From Epiperipatus broadwayi (lineage: Eukaryota; Animalia; Onychophora): a stretch of 64,000 nucleotides of DNA. How positions within the stretch are numbered: the first letter of the stretch is position 1; each line of letters starts with the position of its first letter. Under the pieces are notes generated by a model. That model searched no databases, was not told the origin of the DNA, and worked only from the letters and a program-made list of their open reading frames with translations. Positions 48,247-60,900 of this stretch are shown here, in pieces. Both the position numbers and the translations under genes were made by a program. Location of the stretch: positions 7,564,001 to 7,628,000 of the forward strand of contig JAQFVV010000009.1 of the NCBI GenBank assembly GCA_028023455.1, read 5' to 3'.

Positions 48247-49423
48247 GTAAGTAAATAAATATCTAGATATTTGCTCAGTGCACTCACAGCAATTCCTAGC
48301 AGTGGGGATATTACTTTCCTATGGGCAGCATTTATCATTATCATTTACTTTAGAAGAAGTAGCAAGAAGAACTTTATAGCATATATCATACTGAATATTC
48401 AAAGAATTAGTGATAGAACTTTTTATCTTAGTTTATAATGAGATGACCAAAGAAATATCATTGGAGAAATTTGATAAAACTATAATGAAAATGGAGTTGT
48501 GGGAAGAGAGAGAATGAGAGTAAAGAAAGAAAGACTATTACTAAGGAGGTAACAATTTGAAAATTAATTTTAGTCAAAGCATTATTTAAAAAGTGTGGTA
48601 GAAATATGTTTCACTACATATAAAACTTAACCTCACATTGAGAATGTTATAAGAGCTGTAAAATAAAGTTAAACAATAGACTGCACAGTGATTCCTGGGA
48701 TACAAATTTAAAATAGTACCTTTTAAAAAAATAATGTGTTGTTATACATGAGACTCATATTAAGTTAATGGAAAGATGAAACAAATTACATGCTGGTAAC
48801 TATTTGAATAAAAAATCACATTTATAAGAAGTAAAAGACTAATACTGACTTCAATAAAATAAAACCTTAAACTCTGTTCTAAACAAAACAAAATAAATAA
48901 ATAAATAAAAGAAATATCTACATGAACTAATAGAAGAAAGCCTTAATAAATTAAGATTCAAAAATGATAAAAGGTGTACTCTAGTATATTAAAAAAAATT
49001 ATAGAAGTGATATGAAAATAGCAGAGAGAAGTTATGGTAAAAAAAAATATATATATAGAAGATTTATATAAAAGTTGAATAAAAGAAAGGTAAAAAATAA
49101 AACAACTCAATATCTAAAAAAGAATTGTCTGGATAAAAATTAAACCAAAAAATTTTTTATAATGAAAAGTAAATTCAGAAGTATAAAAGCTTATGTGAAA
49201 AGTGTTGTCTTTAGAATCAAAGTGCAAATATGTAGAAAAGAAAGTAAATATAAAAATAATAAACTGGAAATAGTGTGATTAGTAGTAAACATTGAAATCA
49301 TTTGTAGTTATATATTGAACTATTTCCATCATCCAGTTTTTTTTTAATTGCTAAATGTTTTTTTTTTTTTTTTTAAAAAAAGCTTTACTTAACTATTAGT
49401 ATATAATACAGATTAATATATAG

Positions 49424-49452
49424 TACAACATTTCAAGTGATACTCTCATCAG
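49424..49452 (-). ncRNA. Decayed minimal type I hammerhead ribozyme core
   Basis: Minus strand CTGATGA-GAGT-ATC-ACTT-GAAA-TGTT-GTA. Stem I is poorly paired. Confidence 0.5.
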
Positions 49453-49605
49453 TAACTTTAATGAATTGCTTAATTGGTTAGAGAATCACCTTAAATTCAA
49501 TATTTATGAATCTAAATATCACTAATTTGATCCCCCCTACTAATACTGTCACTAGTTAGGATAGCAATGGATAAAGAAGTGAAGAGAGTAATTATTACTC
49601 AAAAT

Positions 49606-52600
49606 CATCATTCATTGTTAACTATTATCAATCTACTGCAGGATGAAGGTTTCTCCAAGTTCAATCCATCTCTAATCTTGAGTCTCTCTTCTCTACATCA
49701 CCACTGCACACTGTCTTACTTCATTCACCCATCTCACATGTGCTCTCTTTTTGGATCTTTTACAATCTCTTCAAATCCAGTTTAAGATTTCAATTGTCCA
49801 TCTTTTATCATCTCTTCTAGCATTATGTCCAGCCCAACTCCACTTCAGTCTTTTAATTCTTCCAATGATATCAGTAACACGCATTTGTTCTCTTATCCAT
49901 ATTTTGTGTTTTTGATCTCTTTTTTTATTCCTAATATGCATCTCTCCATATTTCTTTGAAGATCTTTGCATTGCTCTTCTATAAGGGTCCAAGTCTCAGA
50001 TCTATAAGTAAGAACTGGTAAAACACATTTATTAAAAACCTTCCTTTTCAAACACATAGACATATTTTCTTTTAATATTAAGTTCTTTTTATCAAAAGCA
50101 CTCCAATCAAGATTAATTCTATGATTCATTTCATCCATGATGTTTCCAATCTGTAATAATAATCTGACCAAGATATTTGTAGTTATTAACTTCTTCTAAC
50201 TCATCATAATCAATCTTTATTTTCATCTTTTGAGAAAAACCATTGAACATTAATTTAATCTTTTTAACATTTATCTTTAGTCCTATTTTTTTTACTTTCA
50301 CTTGATAACTCTTACATTTCCTGAAGTTCTGAACCTTACAAAAGCCACTACATCATCTGCAAAATCTAAATGACTTAAATAATCTCCATTTACTTTTACT
50401 TCTTTAGCTTTCCATTTTAATCCACAAAATACAACTTTCAGCACTGCTGTAAAAATTTTTGGAGGTATGGAATCACCCTGTCTTACACCCTTTTTAATGT
50501 TAACTTTTTAATATTTTTATGTAATCTAATTGTTGCTGTTGCATTTTTATAAATATTCAGAATATGATTATATCCTCGATGATCCAGTGCTTTAATCACT
50601 GAAGAAATACATGTAGAATCAAATGCCTTTTCATAATCTACAAATCCAAAGCTTAATAGCAAATTATATTCATTGGCCCTTTCTATAACTTCTCTGAATA
50701 CTTGGATATGATGTACTGTACTAAAACCACTTTTAAATCCAGCTTGTTTTCATGGTTATGGTTTTCTGTAGATGAGTTGTAATATCTTGGTGAAAATTTT
50801 GTATAAAATTGATAAAAGGCTGATAGGTCTATAATTTCTAATATCTTCTTATCTCCTTTTTCAAATATTAATACTAATACTTCATTCTTCCAATCATCTG
50901 GTACACTTTTATCATTTAGGTGTTTGGTATATAACTTTACCAATTTTTTTTCTATTTCTTCACCTGTTTCTTTTAATATATTGATTATAATTCCATCATT
51001 ACCTGGAGCTTTTCCTTCTTTGTAAATTTAATTCCATATCTCACTTCTTCATTTAAAATTCTGGGCAATTCAGAAGATATAATAGATATAGGAGATACTT
51101 GTTCTTTATTAGAATATAATTCTTGATAGAACTCTTCTACCCATTTCAAGATGTCATCTCTCTTTTTAGTAATAATTCCATCTTTTTTTCTTATTGCAGA
51201 TATAAATTTCCTACCAATACCAAAATGTTGTTTTATGTTCTTAAGACTTTTATTTTCTTCTACAGCTTTCCTTGATTGTGCATGCTTATACTTTCTTATA
51301 TCAGTATCAACTCTTTTACACACCATTTTATAAAATTCGAGATATTCAATCCTTTTTAATGCATCATTTTTATATATTTTCATATTCCTTCTTTTATTCA
51401 TAAATTTTATAGTCTCAGTAGAAATTTTATTGGTCAATTGCTGCTTTTTTCTATCAGCTATCTTTATTGCAGTCTTTAAAAGTGTATTAGTTGTCTTTCT
51501 ATTAATTTCATTCAAATCTGAATCATATTCAAAATCTACTAAATTGATTTGCAAGTTCTAATTTAAATTCATTAGAATGTTTTTGAAGATTAGGAATATC
51601 AACTATAAATATTGTTTTTCTTAATAATTTTTGTCTCTCTAGTTTTGTATTAACACGTATCTTACATCTTACTAATCGATGATCACTTCCTGTGGTAAAT
51701 TTATTAAGAACATTACAATCTTGCAAATATGCATTTTCTGTTAGTCAAAATATAATCCAATTCTGCTGCACCTTCATTTGGATGCTTCTATGTTCATTTT
51801 CTTTTAATATTTTTCTCAAAAAAAAAAAATTCATAATATAATGTTGTTCTTTTTCTGCAAACTCCACAAGTCTATGTCTTCTCTCATTTCTATTACCATA
51901 CCCAAATTTATCTACAGCACTTTCATCTTTTATTTGTTTACCAATTCTAGCATTAAAGTCTCCCATAACAATTTAAAAGGTTGTTTAGTCTGATCAAAAG
52001 CCTTTTGTACATCCACATAAAAATCTTCTACTACTTAATTACTATGAGAACTTGTTGGGGCATAAACTTGAATTATCTGCATTTGGTATCTGCTATTAAG
52101 TTGAATAACTAATCTTGCCACTCTATCTGATACACCATCAATCTCCACAATGTTGTTCTTCCACTTTTTATTTATAATGAATCCTACTCCACTTATACTT
52201 CCAATATTTGTGCCTTTGTAGTAAAGTACATGCTCACTTTTTAAATTGTCTCTTCACCTTTTTTTTTAACTTCACAAAGTCCAATAATATTCCATTTAAT
52301 ATAAGACAGTTCTTCCAATTCTTGCAATCTTCCTGCATTTGAAAGTGATCTGCAGTTGCAAATACCTAAATAAAAAGTCATCATGAAATGGCAGCCTGGG
52401 TACGCAATCAGGGGATTCTTAGTACTCTCTGCCTTTGGCCACCAACCCTGCCTTGGTTGGTGACTTTACAGCCTCCTGGGAATAAGGGCCATGATTTATT
52501 TTTGTCTATCATAATTGTATATATCTATTGAAAAAATACAAACATTCATTCTGCCTTATCAGACAAATGAGAAGAAAGACCATAGTGTTTCTTGATCTTA

Positions 52601-52823
52601 AACTCAGAGATAAAAGCCAATAAACTCACAACACTGGCTAATATGAGTTGGTGAGCAGCCCATCCATGTTCATATACTATATGAATAATCACATAGTAAT
52701 AACAGTTACAATGACAAGAACATATGGAGTGGATATTAGGAATTTGCCCTGCTTGGTTCCTTTAAATCTTCAAGAAGAATCAAAGGTCTCCTTTCAGTTA
52801 ACAGAAAACTCCTTTTTGCAGCC
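49606..52823 (-). mobile_element. Full-length decayed RTE LINE (copy B) with a perfect 11-bp TSD
   Basis: TTACTCAAAAT at 49595-49605 and 52824-52834. APE MGDFNARIG and TGSDHRLV. RT and LKWSWAGH segments in the minus-strand ORFs. Confidence 0.93.
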
Positions 52824-53043
52824 TTACTCAAAATATTGTGTTATATATGAATTTATGTTTTATTAATAATAGCTAAATGTGAATGAAAAACTTAAATAAA
52901 AAAACCTGAAATTAAGATTATTGTTTAGAAAGTATATATATACTTTCTGTATTTTTTTATTGGACTATTTCCATCATCTAATATGTGTGTTGAATGTCTT
53001 TAGAAAATTTTAATTTTAGTTAAATATTCCAAATGTATTCAAC

Positions 53044-53177
53044 TGTTAGTAATATCACAGCATACAGGTTAGTATATGCACCAACTGTTAGTAATATCAC
53101 AGCAAACAAATGTTAGTAATATCACAGCAAACAGGTTAGTATATGCACCATCTGTTAGTAATATCACAGGAAACAAA
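53044..53177. repeat. Two 67-bp tandem units, each holding two copies of an approximately 22-bp subrepeat
   Basis: 53044-53110 versus 53111-53177, 3 mismatches. TGTTAGTAATATCACAG occurs four times. Confidence 0.92.
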
Positions 53178-53339
53178 TAATTTCGCCGACAGCATTCATT
53201 CAGACATCGTAAACAATAATTTAAAGTGAGTGGTCTATCCTCACACTTTCATTTCCAGTACTTAATATTTGCCCATATATAAGCAGTTGGGTTGAAAAGA
53301 ATATGTGGATTCATTTTATTCTTTCATAAATACTATATC

Positions 53340-55349
53340 TTGTGTTGGGAATGAAAGTATTAATTTATTATTAACACTCGTAAAAAGCGCATGCACAATA
53401 GCTTGAGAAGGCTGATCTTTAATGTATTACAATTTATAAAACATAGCACTATAAAAATAAATGCTTATCCATAAACTGCAATCTATCAAGCATTTTCATT
53501 TTGCTTTTTGCATCTCTCATATAAAAACTTGACCATCCCATTTCTCCTTGAATTGCCTCCTTTGCTGTCCACACCTCTGCATTTATTGCATGACTTCCTA
53601 CTTCCCTTTGTACTTTTTCTAAGTAGTCTAACACCTCTTTACTAACACATCATTACCATATGTTAACCCTGCTATTGCCACTACCTTCCATACAATTCTA
53701 GCTACATCATATTTATTATATGAGAACACTTAATTTTTTTTATCAATCCCTTTCTTTTCTTTGCTTTATTTATCAATTTTTTCCCCATTCATCCAAGCAA
53801 TTTCTTTGATTACTTAAGATGATTCCCAAATAGTTATATCTACTCACCACACTTTATATCCCCCAGTAAAAATTCTTTGCCTTTTCTTTCCCCAGTATTA
53901 ATCATCATTACATTTTATTTTTCTTTAATAAATTTAATCCCCAACTCTTTACTCACTTTTGCACATGTCCTCAGAATAATTTGCATATCTTCCCTTCTTT
54001 CTGTACATAAAAAACATCATCAGCAAATCAAAGACTCAACAATGTATATACTCCCTTGCCACCTATTAATGGTATCTCTATCCCTCTTTCTAGTCTTTCT
54101 ATTTCTCTCTCCATTTCTCTCAAATACAACAAAAATAAAATAGGTGACAGTGGTCATTCTTGCTTTAGTTCCACCCCATTTTTAACTTTAACTGATTTTA
54201 TATTCCTTAATTGATACATATAATAATTATTTTCATATAATTTCTTAATAATATCCACTAAAGTTCCATCCATTCCAAATTTACTAAACCTACCCATAAT
54301 CTTTTTCTATTTACTCTATCATATGCCTACTCTCTATCTATAAAAACCATATATAACTGTCTACCTGTATTCCTACTCATATCCATAAGTTGTGTAACTA
54401 CAAATAAACTATCTCCTATACACCTATCTGATCGAAAACCTTCTTGCATTTCTCCCACTATTATTTTCTTCCATCCATTTTGCAACCCTCCAGCTACTAT
54501 ATATGAGAAAACTTTATATATCACTGATGTTACCACTATTGGTCTATAATTGTTTAACTTTCTATGATCCTATCCTTCCCTTTAAATAATAGCCTTACTC
54601 TTGTATTACTCCAACTACCTGGAAAATTTCTCTTCTGTGCCATCTTATTAAAACATGATAATAGTTTTAATTTTGCCTTCTGCCCTAAATTCATTACCAT
54701 CTCTGCTGCCCATCCATCCCAACCTCTTGCCTTTTCATCTTTCAATTTTTTACTTGCCTCGTTAAGTTCATTTTCTCTAAATCATACATTCCCATTACTA
54801 TATGCTCTCATGTTTGCTATCACTCTGTCCTTCACATCTAACATTTTTTCTATATCCATTACATACTTGTTTAAGACTATCTTCTTCTCTAGAGCTACAC
54901 TCTATTCCCTCATCATCTAGTAATACTAATTCTTTTAATGTATTTCCAAATTTTTTTACTCCCATCTCTTCCACTTTTATTCTGTCTTTATAATTATATA
55001 TTTTAGCCAACTTTTTTCTAAGTACTTTTCCCATTTAGTATTAACATCTTTTTCACTTTCTTTGTTTTTAATAGCACACCCATATTCTCTGTATGCTTTT
55101 TACCCGTATTTTACACTTTTATATTCTCTGCATGCTATTTTCCTCTCTTTTACACTTTTACTAATTCTCATGTTTTTATTACTTTTATTCTTCTGAATAT
55201 TCTCACCTAAAATCCTATTTGTCACTTTCTTTATATCACCACATTAGTCCTTATACTCATCCCCGACCAACTCTTCCATGGTTTCTTCAACTTTTATTTT
55301 ATAGTCTTCTAACTTATTCTCATCATTCACTCTCCATCCACATCTTTCA

Positions 55350-55391
<42 letters not shown>

Positions 55392-55520
55392 ATTACTATT
55401 TTTCATCACATTACTAACCATTTCTATTATAAAGAAGTTATGATCACTATTGCATACTCTCTTCATTATCAAACACCTTAATTTTTTGTACTTTGATTTA
55501 TTCCCTCTTTCTCTACTAAT
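53340..55520 (-). mobile_element. Decayed, 5'-truncated non-LTR retrotransposon (RTE-X-like, clade uncertain)
   Basis: Minus-strand KARGWDG, MQEGFRSDR...YMVFID and the C-terminal LEKVQR...EAIQGEMGWSSF. Boundaries approximate. Confidence 0.75.
55353..55385. repeat. (TC)n microsatellite
   Basis: Direct reading. Confidence 0.95.
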
Positions 55521-57580
55521 ACATAATCTATTGTGTGGAATATATTATTTCTAGACCATGTGTATTGTCCCTCATAAATATTCGGTAAATTTCCAATGTA
55601 CTTATTGCAGGCAATTTGGTCACCTATTGTAAAATCGAGTAATCAATAGATGCTAGATATAATGCTTATTAATACCTATTCAAATTAGTTTTAATGTTTT
55701 GCTTGGTAGACATGTAGTGTATATATATATAACAAGAACATTTTTTTTTGGAATACAAACACATATTTTAACTTTTATTTGAAAGTTAGATGATTTAATT
55801 ATATAATCAAATTCAAGTGTGTAAAATATATTTAATGTCTAAATAATTTGACTTAAACAGATATTAACTTAAATTTATTATTTTCCCATTCAAAGAACAG
55901 ATTTTTTGTTGCTTCTATGAGAATAATAAATAAATAATAACCTAAACCGATATAAATTTATTGTTAAATTTATATCATTAAATGGAAATTTTATATATCT
56001 GTATTACATATTTTATGAAAACAAAAAGAGAATTTGCGTTACAAATTGAGTTATGTTATAGGATCCTGACATTTCTAGAGATAATAAGGATGTTTGGTTG
56101 AAGCTAGGTGTACATCTATGAAATGTAATGTTGAAATTTAATCTCTAGTTTAAAGCAATTAGCTATCAATCAATTGAGACCCATACAAGATAAAGATCAG
56201 ATGATTTAAAAGATTAAAAATATATATATTCAAGAATCACTAAGAAAGCTTAATCACATCTTATGCTTATTTAAAGAAAATTATTATTTTCTAATTAAGA
56301 TTTAAAGTGTTTCTTTTATTTCTTTATATATATATAATGGTAATTATTTGCTACATTTAGATTATATTTATCAGTTATGGTTTCAATATATCTTTATGCT
56401 AGGTTTAAATTCTTGAAGAACTATGTCAAGAATGAAAAGAATTCTCATGTAATTGGTTTACAGAAAAACTACTAATAACTAAAAAAAAGGTGATAATAAT
56501 TAAAATCCCTTTTATCTGCTGAACAAAAACTAGTTCAATAATGATGGTGATTTATAAGTTATTTAAGATAGAACAATCTTTGAATAACAAAAGCTAAAAC
56601 TGCTCTAACAATACATCATAGAAGAGCAGTGAATGAAAAAATAGTTGCTAGATGATGAAGAGTTGAGTGTTTTTATTTTTATTTTTATTTGATAGATAAG
56701 AATAGCTAAATTCCCATTTATTAATCAATATTAGATAATTAACTGGGTTTATTATGGGCTATTCTAGAAAATATTTTCAAGTTTACTTGTCTTGGATTTG
56801 AGCCCAGATTGCAGTCATATCAGATGAATATGCTACCATTGTATCATAAGGCTCTCATGTAAGTCATATAAAGTCCAATGTATAAAAGAAACATAGATTT
56901 GAAATTGTACTAAGTAATAGGAAATTTTGTTATAAGTTATGTTTCTAAACGTATAAATGAAGCAAATGAGAAAATGCAAGTTACTACTAAATTGTTATTG
57001 TATGTACCTGTTTAAACTATAATATTAATTTTAGCAGAAAAAATTAATATCAGATAAGCAATAAAATGCACTTTTTTTGTTTGGTCTTTTGTGTAGGCTG
57101 GATAAAATATCATTGTTAATGTCTTTAATATTACTGCATTATTATTTTAAAGTGGCCTATTGGTTTAGTTTAATAATAAGATTTAGCTCAATATATAATG
57201 AATCTTAGATTTATTTCTAATTGAGAAGTGAAACAATTATACCCAAATCAGAGGCATTCCAATAGTCAGTTCTCAAATAGGATTTATGAATTTAGTGAAC
57301 CAACATAATTGTTTTGTTTATATTTTTAATAATCTGCTTGTACTATGGATGTCATGTGGTGATAGTGGAAACAAAATCTTAAAATTAAAAAATATTATTT
57401 TCTAGACAATTTTATATTTCCAATCCATTCTATTATTCTTCTTATTTTTTAAAAAAGTCATTTATTTTGTAAGTGCTACTTTTATAAAAATATTGAAAAT
57501 GATCACTTATCTTTTTTTTTTTTTTTAAGTTAGGAATTATTATATTTTATCAAACTTTGGATTTACCAAAATTGGCGAAT

Positions 57581-57934
57581 CAAACCACACACAAGCATAT
57601 AAATAGATAAACATCCATATCAATGTACAGAAAAAGAGAGAAAGAGAGAGTGTTCTTGAAAAACATATTTCTAATTTTTTTAAAAAGCTACATTTAAATA
57701 TGCATTTCGCAAGAATTTAATCCCCCCCACCCCCTATAAAATCATGCATTTCAAATGTAAACTTTAAAAATCATCGTTTATATGTGTGGAAGTAGAGTAG
57801 TGTTAAATTCCAGCGTCACCTGACAATATCTATTTTGGGATGAAATACTACATAATGATGAAAATAATGGTCTTTTTTAAGCATTTGTATGTGAAACTAG
57901 CTATTTATCTATTTTTATGCTTGTGTACGGTTTC
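57581..57934. mobile_element. MITE-like element with 31-bp TIRs
   Basis: 57581-57611 versus 57904-57934 match at 27/31 as reverse complements. The 18-mer CACACAAGCATATAAATA recurs at 40765-40782. Confidence 0.6.
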
Positions 57935-60900
57935 ATTAAACAACTTTGTTACATATATTTATGCTTGTTTTGATATGTGCCTTGGATATATTATTTATAT
58001 CTGAGTGTATAAAAAATTTATAATCCTTAGATTATAAACTTAATAATTGTCAAATCTATACTAACACTCTTTATTTTGATGCATAATATTTTTTAGTTCA
58101 CCTTCATAATTTATTAAAAAAAAAAAAATAATGAATCATGAACTTTTCAACAGATGTTACTTTTAAATATTTCCCATAGCTTTACATTAACTTAAAAAAA
58201 TGAACTTTCCTTAATAAATAAATAATCATAAATCTTTCTTCAAAATGGTGTAATTTTCATAGCTCATTCTGATATATATACTTAAAAAAAAACTGATTAA
58301 TAATTATATATATATTTAAAAAAAGCAGCAGAATTTTCATGATAAATTTATTTAAGTCAAACTTCAAATAGTTCTATATTTATACTCATTTGTTAGTTTA
58401 TTTTTATTAGAATATTCCAGTAGAAAGCATCGATAAAAATATATCTTTATAATAATAAATACTAAGGAGTTTACAAATTCCTTCATGATATAAATAATTA
58501 AAGATAGATTGGTGATACAATGAAAATTCCAATTTTAAGAGGTTTATGCTATTAATTTTAGAAGGGGGGTGGATAGGAGCATTTGAGATTTTTAGCTACA
58601 ATTAATTCAAAAATTATGTCTATGATAATTATTTTACATGAGTAATTTAACAAAGAATTGAATTAAATTTTTGTACTTATTTAATTAAAGTGAGTGTTTA
58701 ATAATATAAAACAATATTGTAATTATCATTATTAATGTATTTTGTTTTCATACATACTTTTCATTCTTCTTTATATTTTTTTAAAGAATAATTCATGTAT
58801 ATATAATGCCTCTATCATGCCAAATTCTTGTCACCCAGATGCATGAAAAATACGAAATACCTATGAAGTTTCAACAGTCAATATGTATATTTTGTTTGTA
58901 TTAATAAATGTATTTGTCTAAAGCAATAATAGGTAACATTTTTTGAGTAGGAGGCCACTTAAGATATTAGTCATTGGTTGAATTATATAAAAAAAAAATT
59001 CATAAACATTATATTTAGTAAAAATTGTTTCAAAATTATTTTTAAAGAAAATTCATATTAGTTTTGTATAATTATTTATATATCCATTTAATCATGAATT
59101 AAGGTTAGCATATATAAAGTCATAAATGTCATATGTGGCCCCCAAGCTGCAGGGTGCTCATATTGGCTTGAAGCTTCTAACCTCAAAACACTAGATTTAA
59201 AATAACAAACACAAATATGAAAAGCAATCAAACATCTGTAAAATACAAGTTAAAATCTTCCATGCAAGATACACATACATTGTATAATTACTAAACTATA
59301 AAACTATAGTTTTAGCAAAAATGCACTAACCCACTGTATCCACTCTCAAAATCTGTAATTTAAAATATATATTAAATAAAAAAATTAGAAATTCATTTAT
59401 TTCATGTGTATTTGCCTTTACAATATAGCAAGTAGATGCTTTTCTTGTGTTCCACACTTTTAATCAGACACATCATTATAATCACCACAATAGCATTTGC
59501 ATTACTATTTAACTGATGCAAATTAGAAAATTAAAATTTAGTTTAAAATGAATTTGGAGGACAAGGTAAATGATTCTAGCCATTTTGGAAAGCTTAAGAG
59601 AAGGCATTAAATGTTTTGTTTATCTGATAATTAATTTATTTTTTTAAAAAAATCATATGGAAAGCCATATATTCAGTAAAAGATAACAAAATTTATGTTA
59701 ATATTCTTTATGTGCTCTGAAACCACTGACTTATATCCATAGTATATCATAAATATTTAGTAAAGACTAAAGAAGCATCAAATTTGTGGTCAGAATATAT
59801 GAGCAGGAAGAAAGTTTCAGACAACTATAGCATACTGTGTTAAAAATCATTGAATTTGTAAAAAGATAAGCAAAGTATCAATTGGGAAAAGTGACAAATC
59901 ATTTATTGCAAATGAGGAATTATAAATTCAAAAATCGATAGGAACTTATAAACATCAAAACACATTTACATAGATCAGGTACTCACTTAGATTTGATTAT
60001 AGTATATACATATATAAATGTGATCTCTCTCATCTCTGTTTCAGTTTATTACTTCACTGCATTATTCTATTTTATTATTATTTTTTTGTTAATGTCTTAA
60101 TGTGTATAATATCTTAATATACACAGTAAATTGCTTCCTAAAAAAATTATACACATATTAAAATAGAATTTAAAAAAATGTGAAAGATTATCTACTAATG
60201 ATGATAATCAATATTTATAACATAGATTAGAAAATGATTAAATAAATCAATTAATAGACACAACCTGGTGTACTATTTATAAATATTTAAATATATATGT
60301 GATAAAGGGGATAATAGAAATATAGCTATATTTAACAATAGATGGTGACTAATGGTTGATGATAACTATATATAATGCAAATATCAAAATATAAATCCCA
60401 ATAATTAATTTAATATTCAGAATGAAAGCAAAAAGGATATTGCATTGGTTCTTTATCTAGATTACTACAATTGAGTGATGAAGATTTATATTTACTTGGT
60501 AGATGCTTATTTTACACTATGTAAATTATAATAGTACAATAAAATGGAGTCTAGCAAAAATAGTACCATCATCATCATCCTCAAAAGCATTTCTGTTTTT
60601 ACTGAACACAGAAAATAAGCAAAGGTCAGCAGTGGAAACCAATAATAAGCAATAAATAAGTGATAATCATAGCATCACCTGTATTAATTATTAAAAGTCA
60701 ACCATCATCCTTTAGGTCTGGATTTAAAAGAGATACTCTCTAAAATCTTATTACTTAGCCATTGTCAAACTTAGGTGTCCTAATAAAAAGCAATAATTAA
60801 TATTTCATCTGTGCAGACATTTATGTGTTAAAATAATTTTAAAAATAATCTTATATCAAAAATGCTGGAGTCTTTACATCAGTGCTGACCATCATCACTA

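Noticed and set aside
53044-53177. CRISPR-like array (four ~22-bp repeats)
   Set aside because: The spacers are not unique (19, 3 and 19 nt, two near identical), there are no cas genes and the context is eukaryotic. It is a tandem duplication.
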